Below the pieces are notes generated by a model, which saw only the letters and a list, made by a program, of their open reading frames with translations, made no database searches and was not told the DNA's origin. Below are positions 41,311 to 50,799 of a stretch of DNA of 64,000 nucleotides, in pieces. A program made the position numbers and the translations under genes. Each line of letters starts with the position of its first letter. Within the stretch, counting starts at the first letter, position 1. This DNA is from Burkholderiales bacterium. GTDB taxonomy: Bacteria > Pseudomonadota > Gammaproteobacteria > Burkholderiales > SG8-41. The stretch covers positions 1,040 to 65,039 of the forward strand of contig JBKBXX010000001.1 of NCBI GenBank assembly GCA_046313915.1. The letters are read 5' to 3'.

Positions 41311-42024
41311 TCAGGCGCCCAGCGCGGTCGCCAGCTCGCCGAAATCGCGCGCGACGACGTCCCAGTCTTCCTCGGCTTCGAGGTCGGTCCTCTGACCGGG
41401 GCCGTATTCGGTCGGGCGCGCGACGAATGCGGTGCGCATGCCGTGCGAGCGCGCCGCGCGCAGATCGTAGTTGTGTGCCGCGACCATCATCACTTCGTGC
41501 GGCTCGCAGCCCAACAGCTCGATCGCGCCGAGATAGACTTCCGGATCGGGTTTGTAATGCCGGAACAGCTCGGCGCACAGGATCACATCCCACGGCAGGC
41601 CGCCGTGCTTTGCCATGTGAACGAGGCACGCGACATCGCCGTTTGACAGCGGCGAAATGACGTATTTTTTCCTGAGCCGCTCAAGCCCTGCGACGGCATC
41701 GGGCCAGGGATCGAGGCGATGCCAGACGCGGTTGAGATGCGTGCGCTCGTCTTCGTCCAGGCTCCCGAGTCCGTAGCGGGGCAGCAATTCGTCGAGTTTG
41801 TGGCGGTAGATGGCGTCGACCGTGGTCCACGGGCGCTCGCCGTTGCGCACCGCATCCATGCCCGGTTGGTAAGCGGCTTTCCAGTCGTCGATGAAAGCTG
41901 CCCAGTCGATAGCGAGGCCTTTCCCTTTGCCGAAGACGGCAAAATCGGCGATGATGCTCGAGCGCCAGTCGACCACCGTGCCGAAAGTGTCGAAAGCGAG
42001 CACCCTGATGCCCGAGATGTTCAT
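41311..42024 (-). CDS. haloacid dehalogenase type II (HAD superfamily)
   Basis: VLAFDTFGTVVDW (nucleophile Asp motif), SPLSNG, KPDPEVY, AAHNYDL. Confidence 0.85.
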   Translation of the reverse strand: MNISGIRVLAFDTFGTVVDWRSSIIADFAVFGKGKGLAIDWAAFIDDWKAAYQPGMDAVRNGERPWTTVDAIYRHKLDELLPRYGLGSLDEDERTHLNRVWHRLDPWPDAVAGLERLRKKYVISPLSNGDVACLVHMAKHGGLPWDVILCAELFRHYKPDPEVYLGAIELLGCEPHEVMMVAAHNYDLRAARSHGMRTAFVARPTEYGPGQRTDLEAEEDWDVVARDFGELATALGA

Positions 42025-42050
42025 GAGGGGCGCGCCGCTCAGCCTCAGCC

Positions 42051-42539
42051 TCAGCTGATGCGGTCCGGTATCGAGCGGCGGATGTCGCGCGACATCCTGA
42101 GCGCGGTTTCCGCGCCCTGGTAATAACCGGGGATGAAGGCTGCTTCCCTGTAACCGAGGGCGTGATAGAAGCCGCGGCCGCCGAAGTTGTTGGCGCGCAG
42201 TTCGAGAGTGATGGTTTCGATGCCGGCGGTGAGCGCTGATTCCTCGAGCCAGGCCATCATGCGTGTGCCGATACCACAGCGCTGGTGCGTGGGCTTGACC
42301 GCCAGCAGCGCGAGGTGCGCCCGGCTATCGCCGAATTCCATGATCGCGAAACCGGCGAGTTTCCCGCCGACTTCGGCGGCGAGCGCGATGGTGTGGCGCG
42401 CGCGGATCGCTTTCGCTACGCGTTCCGGATGCCACGACCAGCCACGCAGGCCGATCTCGATCAGGTAGCGCGACATCACCGCGATTTCGTAAGCGTCGGC
42501 GGGTTGCGCGAGCCGCAGCGTAATTTTTGCCTTGCCCAT
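42051..42539 (-). CDS. GNAT-family N-acetyltransferase
   Basis: LLAVKPTHQRCGIGTRMMAWLEE, RANNFGGRGFYHALGY. Confidence 0.85.
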   Translation of the reverse strand: MGKAKITLRLAQPADAYEIAVMSRYLIEIGLRGWSWHPERVAKAIRARHTIALAAEVGGKLAGFAIMEFGDSRAHLALLAVKPTHQRCGIGTRMMAWLEESALTAGIETITLELRANNFGGRGFYHALGYREAAFIPGYYQGAETALRMSRDIRRSIPDRIS

Positions 42540-42693
42540 GTTCTACACTTCACATATTACGCCAAATGCCCGGGCTTGTGCCAACCACGGGCGGCGTTCT
42601 TTTCGCAAGATGCTTCCACTATGACAGGCAGGCGCGATGTCGATTACACTGTGGAGGCGGCAGACCGGAAATCATTTTTGAAGGAGGCAGGCA

Positions 42694-43002
42694 GTGACCG
42701 AGCAAAAAGGCACGCAGGAAAGCGCGCCGGAAATCGATCTGGAAGAAGTGGGCAAGCTGATCGAGGCTCTGGAGCAGGATCTGGCCAGGGTCCGCAGCGG
42801 ATCCGAGGATCTCCAGCACCTGAGAGACGAAGTCGAGACGCTCAAAAACGTACTCAACTCGCCGGTACGCAGGCACCACTGGGTGCGCGACGGACTGCAC
42901 AGCGTGCGCACGGGCCTCGAGGAAAAACTCGACTCGGCGCTTGCCGAGAGCATGAAAGTCGGCCAGTACATTTCCGAAATCGGACGCATCCTCGGGCTGT
43001 GA
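42694..43002 (+). CDS. small helical protein, DUF4404-like
   Basis: The GTG start is preceded by GAAGGAGG. The acidic helical sequence ends ...GQYISEIGRILGL, which resembles DUF4404 as I remember it. Confidence 0.55.
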   Translation: MTEQKGTQESAPEIDLEEVGKLIEALEQDLARVRSGSEDLQHLRDEVETLKNVLNSPVRRHHWVRDGLHSVRTGLEEKLDSALAESMKVGQYISEIGRILGL

Positions 43003-43078
43003 TGCCAGCTGCCCGCCAGGGGCGCATCGTGCCCTCCGCTTGCGGGATGCGACCGCGCAGGCGGGATACGCACGGCTG

Positions 43079-44233
43079 CTACAGAGCCGAATCCGAACCG
43101 AAGATCACCGTGCATTGTGCAGAAAGTACGCCGCCGTTGCCGTGCGCCAACGCAACTTCGCACCCCGGCACCTGGCGCTTGCCGCATTCGCCGCGCACCT
43201 GGCGGATCGCTTCTATCATCACCAGCAGGCCGTACATGCCGGGATGACAATACGACAGTCCGCCGCCGCTGGTGTTGACCGCGAGTCTGCCGCCGGGAGC
43301 GATGGCACCATCGGCCACGAAGCGCCCGCCTTCGCCCTTGGGGCAGAAACCGAGGTCTTCGAGGAACAAGATGGGAGTGATGGTGAAAGCGTCGTAGAGC
43401 GAGAGCATGTCCACGTCCGACGGCCCCAGCCCTGCCATGCGGAAAGCCTGCGGACCCGATTCGGCCGCCGCGGTGACGGTGAGGTCGGGCATGTTGGAAA
43501 TGGTGGTATGGCCGAGCGCCTCGCCCACGCCCAGCACGTAGACCGGTTTCTTTTTGAGCGTCCTCGCGCGGGCGGCGGAAGTGACGATGATGGCGCCGCC
43601 GCCGTCGGTCACCAGACAGCAGTCGCGCACCGTCAGCGGATAGCTCACCATGCGTGAATTGAGCACCTGCTCGATGGTGAGCGGCTCTTTTTCCCACGCC
43701 ACCGGATTCATCAGCGCCCATCGTCGCGCGGCGACGGCCACTTCCGCCAGCTGTTCGCGGGTGGTGCCGAATTCGTGCATGTGGCGCGAAGCGGCCAGCG
43801 CATAGGCCGAAGCCGGCAGAAAAGGGCGATAGGGCGTTTCGTACGGATTGTATTCGCGCGGCGAGGCCGCAGCACGCGATACCGTGCGCTGGGTGCTGCC
43901 GTAGGCGATGAGCGCGACTTCGCACACGCCTTGCTGGATTGCCGCCTGCGCGTGGGCGAGGTGCGACATGAAGGAAGCGCCGCCGATCATGGTACCGTCG
44001 AAATATTTCGGCTTGATGCGCAGGTATTCGCACAACGCCATCGCCGAGTAGCGCGACTGGCTGGTGGCCGAGAGCACTGCATCGACGTCGGCGAGCCCGA
44101 GGCCGCAGTCGGCGAGCGCCCGCATCGTCGCCTGGGCCATGAGGTCGATCGGGCTGGTATGGAGCGCGACCTGGCCGAGATCCGATTCCGCGACGCCGAC
44201 GACGGCGACGCTGCCTTTCTTGAGCCCGCTCAT
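43079..44233 (-). CDS. thiolase-fold protein of the SCP-x/lipid-transfer (DUF35-partnered) type
   Basis: VAVVGVAESDLG, NTSGGGLSYCHPGMYG and ALAHGNGG. The start is trimmed to MSGLKKGS (ATG 44231-44233), which overlaps the DUF35 stop (ATGA). The expected nucleophile motif CxSG reads GASF. Confidence 0.85.
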   Translation of the reverse strand: MSGLKKGSVAVVGVAESDLGQVALHTSPIDLMAQATMRALADCGLGLADVDAVLSATSQSRYSAMALCEYLRIKPKYFDGTMIGGASFMSHLAHAQAAIQQGVCEVALIAYGSTQRTVSRAAASPREYNPYETPYRPFLPASAYALAASRHMHEFGTTREQLAEVAVAARRWALMNPVAWEKEPLTIEQVLNSRMVSYPLTVRDCCLVTDGGGAIIVTSAARARTLKKKPVYVLGVGEALGHTTISNMPDLTVTAAAESGPQAFRMAGLGPSDVDMLSLYDAFTITPILFLEDLGFCPKGEGGRFVADGAIAPGGRLAVNTSGGGLSYCHPGMYGLLVMIEAIRQVRGECGKRQVPGCEVALAHGNGGVLSAQCTVIFGSDSAL

Positions 44234-44619
44234 CTGATGTCTGCCGCCGGTGTAAATACCGGATAGGGCGGCTGTTTGTCGTCGCCCGGGTGCATGCGCA
44301 TTTTTACGCGCATGCCAATGCTGACCCGTGCCGCGTCGATGTCCTCGACGCGGCTCATCATGCGGAAACCTTCGTCGAGATCGATCAGCGCGACGTTGAG
44401 CGGGGGCTCGTTCTTGTAATAGACGACGGTCGTCGCGTATACCGTGCCCCATCCTCGGCAGACGCGCCATTCGAGATGGGTGCTGCCGCTGCGCGGTGCG
44501 ACCAGGCGCGGGAAAAATACCGGCGTGTCATCGTCGGTGCACACCTGGTAGGCGAGCTCGCCTTTCTTGCAGTGCTCGAGGTAGGTGTTGAGCGGCGAAC
44601 CGTGTTTCAGATCCTCCAT
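44230..44619 (-). CDS. DUF35-type OB-fold protein with a degenerate zinc ribbon
   Basis: GELAYQVCTDDDTPVFFPRLVAPRSG...GTVYATTVVY...VALIDLDEGFRMMSRV matches the DUF35 layout. The usual CxxC...CxxC reads CTDD...APRS. Confidence 0.8.
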   Translation of the reverse strand: MEDLKHGSPLNTYLEHCKKGELAYQVCTDDDTPVFFPRLVAPRSGSTHLEWRVCRGWGTVYATTVVYYKNEPPLNVALIDLDEGFRMMSRVEDIDAARVSIGMRVKMRMHPGDDKQPPYPVFTPAADIR

Positions 44620-44678
44620 GGCGCCTCCTTTTTTATTAATTAAAACATGTGGTTGCGGTCTTGTTTGCGATGCGGGCC

Positions 44679-45449
44679 TCAGCGTCCCCGGAAGTTCGGC
44701 TTGCGCTTTTCCTTGAATGCCATCACGCCTTCCTGGTGGTCGTGGGTGAGCCGCGCGCCGCCCACGGCGAGAATTTCCATTTCCAGCAGTTGTTCGAGCG
44801 TCGGCGTATACATCGACTGGAACAGTTTCTTGGCGAGCGAAAGCGCGTAAGTGGCCGAGGTCGCGAGTTCCTGCGCCAGCGCATTCGTTTGCGCTTCGAG
44901 TTCGCCGTCGGGCACCACTTTCATGACGATGCCCAGTTCGTGCGCTTCGCTTGCCGGCAGCTTGCGCGCGGTGTAGACCAGTTCCTTGGCGCGCGCGACG
45001 CCGAGGTACTGCGTGAGGAAATACACCGCCCCGCCATCGGGCGGAATGCCGACGTTCTTGAACGCCATCAGCAGATAGGCGGTTTCGGAAGCGATGATGA
45101 GATCGCAGGCGAGCGCGAGGCTCGCGCCGACACCGGCGGCGGGACCGCGTATCGCCGCGATCACCGGCTTTTCGAGGTTGTGCAGGCTGATGATGGCGCG
45201 GTGGTGGCCGCGCGAACGCTTGCGGCCCGCCACCACGTCGTAGCTGCCCATGGAACCGACGTCGCCGCCGGCGCAGAACGCGCGTCCGGCGCCGCTGAGA
45301 ATCACCGCGCGCACCTCGTCGTCCTGCCCCAGCGCGTCGAACTGCTCGGCAAGGTCATGGTACATCCCGGCCGACAGCGCGTTCAGCTTGTCGGGACGGT
45401 TGAGCAGCACCGTGGCGACGCCGTTTTGTTTCGTGACTTGTATGCTCAT
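44679..45449 (-). CDS. enoyl-CoA hydratase/isomerase (crotonase) family protein
   Basis: VATVLLNRPDKLNAL, VILSGAGRAFCAGGD and KPVIAAIRGPAAGVGASLALACD. The start at MSIQVTK overlaps the upstream stop by 4 nt. Confidence 0.92.
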   Translation of the reverse strand: MSIQVTKQNGVATVLLNRPDKLNALSAGMYHDLAEQFDALGQDDEVRAVILSGAGRAFCAGGDVGSMGSYDVVAGRKRSRGHHRAIISLHNLEKPVIAAIRGPAAGVGASLALACDLIIASETAYLLMAFKNVGIPPDGGAVYFLTQYLGVARAKELVYTARKLPASEAHELGIVMKVVPDGELEAQTNALAQELATSATYALSLAKKLFQSMYTPTLEQLLEMEILAVGGARLTHDHQEGVMAFKEKRKPNFRGR

Positions 45450-47593
45450 GTGGTTTTGCCTTTCAATACGATCAGCGCGTCGGCGGCGGCCACCCCGTGG
45501 CCGGCGGGCCGCACGAACAGCGGGTTGATGTCGATTTCGGCGATGCGCTCGGCGTGGTCGGTTGCGAGCAGCGACACCCGCGCCAGCACCTCGGCGAGCG
45601 CCTCGATGTCGAGCGCGGGCTGGCCGCGATAGCCGGTGAGCAGTGCGGCACCCTTGATTTCGGCGATCATCGCCTTGGCGGCGGCGACGTCGAAAGGGGC
45701 GAAACGGTAAGTGACGTCTTTCATCAGTTCGGTGTGGACGCCGCCGATGCCGAAAGCGACCACCGGACCGAAGCAAGGATCGTTGACGGCGCCGACGATG
45801 ACTTCGAAGCCTTTGGCCATCTGCTGCAGCAGCACGCCGTCGATGCGCGCGTGGGGGTGATGATGTCCGGCCGCGGCCATGATGTCGCGCACCGCGCGCT
45901 TGAGGCCGTCGAGGTCGCGTACGTCGAGCCGCACCACGCCGGCTTCGGTCTTGTGCGGGATGTCGGGCGATTCGAGCTTCACCGCGAGCGGAAAAGGCAG
46001 CGAGCAGCGCGTGAGCGCTTCGATATCGGCGGCCTGCATCAGCACCTGTTCGACCACCGGCACGCCGTAGGCCTTGAGCAACTGTTTGGAATGGTGTTCG
46101 CCCAGCGTGATGGCGGCTGCCGGCAGTTGCAGCTTTTGCGGCGCGACAAGCCGCGGCAGCGTTTTCGCGGCGGGCGGCCGGAAAGCGCGTTTTCTCGCGG
46201 CGAAATCGCTCAACGCGGCGAGCGCGTGCACTGCGCGCCCTGGCGCGAGGATGCACGGCACGTGGTGCCGTTCGAGATAGGCCATGACCTCGCCGTTGTC
46301 GTCGGGCGCGGTCGGCCAGTTGAGCACCAGCGGCTTGTCGCTTTCGCGCAGCACTTCCATCAGTCCTTCCGCCCACGGCCGCGCCGCGCTGCCGCGCGGC
46401 ACGCGCGCGATCGCCATGTCGATGCGGGGATCGGCGAGCACTTCGCGGAGGGCGCGGCTGTAGGAAGCGAAATTGTCGTTGTAGCCGTGCGCGGTGGCGT
46501 CGATCGGATTGGCGGCGGAGGCGAACGATACCAGGATGGTTTTGAGCTTTTCCTGCGTCGCCGCGCTCAGCTCGGGCAGTTCGAGGCCGTGCTCGACGCA
46601 GCGGTCGGCGAGCAGCACGCCGGCGCCGCCTGAAAGCGTCAGCACCGCGACGCGCTTGCCCGCCGGCAGCCGGCGCGCGCGGAACACCTTGCAGATGTCG
46701 ATCAGATCATCGACGTCGCGGATTTCGACGAAGCCGCCAGCGCGGAATGCCGTGCGGTAGAGCGCATAGCCCGCGGTCATGCGCGCGGTATGCGAAGTGG
46801 CGGCGCGGCTGCCGACGTCGGTGTTGCCGACTTTCCAGACGAGGACGGGTTTGCCGAGCTCCAGCGCGCGTTCGCCGATGGCGATCAGGCGCCGGCCATT
46901 GGTGATGCCTTCCATGAAGACGGTGACGATCTCGACTTCGGGCCGTTCGATGAGATCGGCAATCCAGTCGAGCGTCGTGAGATCGGCTTCGTTGCCGGTG
47001 GAGATGATGTAATTGAAGCCCAGCCCGTAGTAGCACGCGATCGCTGCCACGCCGAAACCGAAACCGCCGCTCTGGGTCACCATGGCGATGGAGCCGGCCT
47101 TGAGCGTTTTCAGCTGCATGGTGCCGCCGAAGCCGATCCGCACCCGGTCCACGAGATTCATGAGGCCGAGACAGTTGGGGCCGACCACGCGCACGCCGTG
47201 CTCGCGCGCCGCGGCGAGCAGTTTCTCCTGCAGCGCCTTGCCTTCGTCGCCGACTTCGCTGAAGCCTGCGGAGAGCACCAGCGCGAAAGGCACACCGGCC
47301 TCGCCGCATTGCGCGATCACTGCCGGCACCAGCGGCGCCGCCAGCGCGATCAGCGCCACGTCGCACGGCCGGGGCACCGCGGTGATAGCGGGATAGCAGG
47401 GCAGGCCCTTGATTTCACTGTATTTCGGATTGACCGGATAGACCCGGCCCGCGTAGCCGAACTCGGTCAGCAGCTTGAGCGGCTGGCCGCCGATGCGCGA
47501 CATGTCGCGGGACGCGCCGATCACCGCGATGCCGCGCGGATGCAGAAAACGCGCGAGATCGGGTGCGGCTGGCGGAGCGTTAGGATGGGCCAC
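45446..47593 (-). CDS. NDP-forming acyl-CoA synthetase (CoA-binding + ligase-CoA + ATP-grasp fusion)
   Basis: IAVIGASRDMSRIGG, VYPVNPKY, SHTARMTG (phospho-His loop) and a C-terminal ATP-grasp half. Length is 715 aa. Confidence 0.88.
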   Translation of the reverse strand: MAHPNAPPAAPDLARFLHPRGIAVIGASRDMSRIGGQPLKLLTEFGYAGRVYPVNPKYSEIKGLPCYPAITAVPRPCDVALIALAAPLVPAVIAQCGEAGVPFALVLSAGFSEVGDEGKALQEKLLAAAREHGVRVVGPNCLGLMNLVDRVRIGFGGTMQLKTLKAGSIAMVTQSGGFGFGVAAIACYYGLGFNYIISTGNEADLTTLDWIADLIERPEVEIVTVFMEGITNGRRLIAIGERALELGKPVLVWKVGNTDVGSRAATSHTARMTAGYALYRTAFRAGGFVEIRDVDDLIDICKVFRARRLPAGKRVAVLTLSGGAGVLLADRCVEHGLELPELSAATQEKLKTILVSFASAANPIDATAHGYNDNFASYSRALREVLADPRIDMAIARVPRGSAARPWAEGLMEVLRESDKPLVLNWPTAPDDNGEVMAYLERHHVPCILAPGRAVHALAALSDFAARKRAFRPPAAKTLPRLVAPQKLQLPAAAITLGEHHSKQLLKAYGVPVVEQVLMQAADIEALTRCSLPFPLAVKLESPDIPHKTEAGVVRLDVRDLDGLKRAVRDIMAAAGHHHPHARIDGVLLQQMAKGFEVIVGAVNDPCFGPVVAFGIGGVHTELMKDVTYRFAPFDVAAAKAMIAEIKGAALLTGYRGQPALDIEALAEVLARVSLLATDHAERIAEIDINPLFVRPAGHGVAAADALIVLKGKTT

Positions 47594-47683
47594 TGTTCTT
47601 GATGAATGGAGGCGGCCCGAAAAGTTTACCGCGATTGCACGCGGGCGGGTGCCTTATTCCGAAATGTGAACGGCAGGCAGGCA

Positions 47684-47763
47684 GCCCGGATGAAGCGAAG
47701 CGCAATCCGGGAGCGAAACGATGGACTGGCAGCCCCCGGATTGCGCTTGCGGCCGGATCCGGG
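47684..47763. repeat. REP-like GC-rich palindromic element
   Basis: GAAGCGCAATCCGGG (47697-47711) and CCCGGATTGCGCTTGC (47735-47750) form an inverted repeat. The flanks GCCCGGATGAAGCG... and ...GGCCGGATCCGGGCTAC resemble enterobacterial and beta-proteobacterial REP units. Confidence 0.5.
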
Positions 47764-48558
47764 CTACATTTGTTGGAGGCGTTTCATGTAAGAGATGATC
47801 GCTGCCGCGACCGCCGCCGGTTGCTCGGGCAGCAGCGCGTGAGCGGCGTTGGAGATGCTGGCGATTTCCACGCGGTCCGCGCCCCACTGGTCACGATAGC
47901 AATGGGTGCTCCCCGGCGGCGACAGCGGGTCGTCGAGCGCCAGCACGTCGAGCACCGGCGCGCTGCCCGCGGTCCACCACTCTTCCCTGGGCGTGGCTTC
48001 GGTTGCGTCGCGCTCGGCGTGCATCACGTCCTCGTTCCAGCCGTCAAGCCACACGCGCGCATTGTTGCCCGGCGCGAAGAACACGTGCCGCAGATGCCTG
48101 AGCCGCTCCTCGTCGGGCAGCGACATCTTGTGGCTTTTGTTGATCGAGTCACGCAACGCCGGCGCGAGCGGCCAGGTATGCGTAGCGGCGAGCAGCACGA
48201 CGGCCCTCACCAGTTCGGGATGATCGGCGGCGGTGGCGCGTGCGACGAAATTGCCGAACGCGTGGCCTGCGACCACCGTCGGCCCGCCGCCGTCGTGCAT
48301 GATCACGGTGGCGACGTCGCTCGCGTAATCGTGCAGCGTGATGTTCTTCAGCGGGCCGTTGCTGGCGCCGATGCCACGCGGCTGTGGGCACAGCACGCGG
48401 TAGCCCGCGGCGGCGATGCGGCTCGCGATGTCGTCGAAATCGGTCGCGCCGCGGCCGAGCGAAGGGAGCATCACGACGCGCGGGCCGCTGCCGCGCGCAT
48501 AGACTTCGATCTGGTGATTGCCGTGCGGGACAATGCCGCGGGTAACGGGGAAAGTCAT
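47764..48558 (-). CDS. alpha/beta-hydrolase-fold protein with Ala at the nucleophile-elbow position (GHAFG)
   Basis: PRVVMLPSLGRGATDF, VVAGHAFGNFVA and a C-terminal ...NAAHALLPEQP (catalytic His region). Ala codon GCG is at 48259-48261. Confidence 0.8.
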   Translation of the reverse strand: MTFPVTRGIVPHGNHQIEVYARGSGPRVVMLPSLGRGATDFDDIASRIAAAGYRVLCPQPRGIGASNGPLKNITLHDYASDVATVIMHDGGGPTVVAGHAFGNFVARATAADHPELVRAVVLLAATHTWPLAPALRDSINKSHKMSLPDEERLRHLRHVFFAPGNNARVWLDGWNEDVMHAERDATEATPREEWWTAGSAPVLDVLALDDPLSPPGSTHCYRDQWGADRVEIASISNAAHALLPEQPAAVAAAIISYMKRLQQM

Positions 48559-48705
48559 GGGATTGCGGCATCCGGAAGGTGTAAAAGACGGGTTACGCAG
48601 CGCAGTAGCGCAGGGATTATATCGGGAACATCGTTTGCTCGCCCATGTGCGCAGCGCGACGGAGGCGATCTGCCGACTCCCGGGCGCGGAGGAAATTCCG
48701 GCGGA

Positions 48706-50799
48706 CTATTGCTTCGTCAGCGTGACCGGGATGGAGGCGGAGCCGGTCGAAGTGTCGATGGTTTCACGCAGCGTGCCGCTGATGGTGTTGCCGCTCAGCG
48801 TGCCGGTAAAGGTTCCTGTCACGGTCGATCCGCCCGGCGTGTAAAAAATATCGGTCCAGCCGATGCTCGGCAGCGTGCCGGTGGCCTGCAGCGTGTTGCT
48901 CCAGCTGGTGCTGGAATTCAGACAGGTGAATACGTTGGGAATGGAGCCGGCGACGGCGGTGGATATCCAGTTACCCGAAACATCGACGTTCGAGGAAGAT
49001 GTTCCACTGGCGAGCGTGGTGACCGTCACGGTGATCGTTCCCGTGAACTGGTTGCTGAACGTGCAGGTGGTGTAGCCCGGGAACGGCCTGTTGAATGTTC
49101 CGGAGCCGCTGAACTGTCCTGTGTAGGCCGCCGTCGTTGGCGCGGCGGTATTGACGGCGTTGCCCACCCAGTTGGCGACCTGTGTGTCGGATTGCAGTCG
49201 CGTATGGCTCAGGGGGAAGGAGGTCGCCTTGACTCTCGCGGCATCGAAGCCCGAGCCCTCGCACATGGCGGAAGAGGTCGGCACGACACCGTCGAAAGGC
49301 GTACTGCCGAAATGGTCCTGGATCGCGGTTCCCAACCAGAAGCTGACATCCCCGGACGCCGTGTAATCGCTGCCTCCGACGCAGACGATTTGCGTGGTGC
49401 CTAGCGTCGAAGTCGCCTGGTTCATCTTGCTCGCGACACAGCCGTTGTTGTAGTTCAGCGCGTTGCTCCCCGGCCTCAGGTCCGTAGCAAACTGCCCCGC
49501 CAGCAGTTGCTGCGCGGTTTGCCCGCCGGGAGGCAGGTAGCGGGACGGCAGATTCAGCAGGACGGTTGCCAGCGGATTCACGCTGCCTGCGATCTGGGTT
49601 GCCGATCCGAGGTCGGCCGCCGGTGTTCCGGTCACGGGGCTGCCGAGCATGACAACGTTGCCGATGCTGATGTCGTTGTTCCTGCACAGCGCGGAGAGTG
49701 TGACGGGACCGCCTTCGCTGTGGGCTTCGATATCGACATTCTGGAGCCCGGCCGATTTCAGGCTGGTCAGGAAACTGCTGAGCGCGGCGCCGTTCTCGTC
49801 GACGCCTTTCGACCAGTCATAGTTGAACCCCAGCACTTTATCGTATCCGCCGGCGCGGCGTATGTTTTCGACCGTGTTGCGGTCGCCAAAAGCGTCCTCG
49901 GTCGAACTCAGCATGCCGTGGACAAGGATGAGGTATTTCTGGGTGGGATCGATCGCGTAAACGCCCGGCTCCCAGTTGTTCCCGTTCCAGCTCTGGTTGC
50001 CCAGTTGCGGCAGCGGAACCCGGTCCGTTGCCGTATTCCCGGCGCTGACCTGGATGCTGGCCGTGACCGGAAGCTTCTGGATCAGGTTCAAAGGCACCAC
50101 GGTGCAGCCGCTGTTCGAGTCGCACGGAAGAGACACGAGCGCCGCGTAATTGTCGGCGTCCACGATATCCACGATGGGGATGGCGCCGGCGAGGCGTGCT
50201 GGCATATTCGCGCCGTATCTCAGGACGAACTGAACGCCCTGCGTTGCCGTGGTCTGCGCAAACGGCCGGCTGGTGCCGAACGCGAGGGAGAGCACCGGGC
50301 CGACGCCCTGGATCAGGCCGCCGGGGGGCTGCTGCAGCAGTCTCGAAGTGAGCGAAAGCGTGACGGTCTGGTCGGCGGCCAGCGCTCCTGCGGGAATGGT
50401 CACGCTGCTGCCGCCGGGAAGGGTGATCGTTCCGCCCTGCGCCGCCGTCACGGCCTGGCTTTTGGATTCGAGGACGAAGCCGTTGCGGCTGAGTGACAGC
50501 CAGTCGGACACAGGACCCAGATCGAGAATCTGGTTGTTCGATGCCGGCCCCAGATAGTAGAACCTTCCGTCACTGGCGGTGGCGATATACGCATTGGTTC
50601 CCGAGTAGTAGCGGTAGTAATAGACGCCGGCGGTCTGCGAGACTGCGCCGGCCGGCGAAAGATATTGAGCGTAGGCTGTTTCGGCGTAGCTGAAAATCGT
50701 ATTGGATTCGTCGGTCGAAGGCGCGGCGGCGAGGCTTGCCGGCGATGCCCAGAGTGTGAACAGTAGCGTCGCAAGGCGAAGCACCAATCGCAACATCAT
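48706..50799 (-). CDS. secreted multidomain alpha/beta hydrolase (lipase/esterase-like)
   Basis: Signal peptide MMLRLVLRLATLLFTLWASPASLAAAP. The central region has YLILVHGMLSS and the nucleophile elbow IEAHSEGG (AxSxG). The N- and C-terminal regions are beta-rich and Thr/Ser/Gly-rich. The start could also be the ATG at 50836-50838. Confidence 0.75.
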   Translation of the reverse strand: MMLRLVLRLATLLFTLWASPASLAAAPSTDESNTIFSYAETAYAQYLSPAGAVSQTAGVYYYRYYSGTNAYIATASDGRFYYLGPASNNQILDLGPVSDWLSLSRNGFVLESKSQAVTAAQGGTITLPGGSSVTIPAGALAADQTVTLSLTSRLLQQPPGGLIQGVGPVLSLAFGTSRPFAQTTATQGVQFVLRYGANMPARLAGAIPIVDIVDADNYAALVSLPCDSNSGCTVVPLNLIQKLPVTASIQVSAGNTATDRVPLPQLGNQSWNGNNWEPGVYAIDPTQKYLILVHGMLSSTEDAFGDRNTVENIRRAGGYDKVLGFNYDWSKGVDENGAALSSFLTSLKSAGLQNVDIEAHSEGGPVTLSALCRNNDISIGNVVMLGSPVTGTPAADLGSATQIAGSVNPLATVLLNLPSRYLPPGGQTAQQLLAGQFATDLRPGSNALNYNNGCVASKMNQATSTLGTTQIVCVGGSDYTASGDVSFWLGTAIQDHFGSTPFDGVVPTSSAMCEGSGFDAARVKATSFPLSHTRLQSDTQVANWVGNAVNTAAPTTAAYTGQFSGSGTFNRPFPGYTTCTFSNQFTGTITVTVTTLASGTSSSNVDVSGNWISTAVAGSIPNVFTCLNSSTSWSNTLQATGTLPSIGWTDIFYTPGGSTVTGTFTGTLSGNTISGTLRETIDTSTGSASIPVTLTKQ

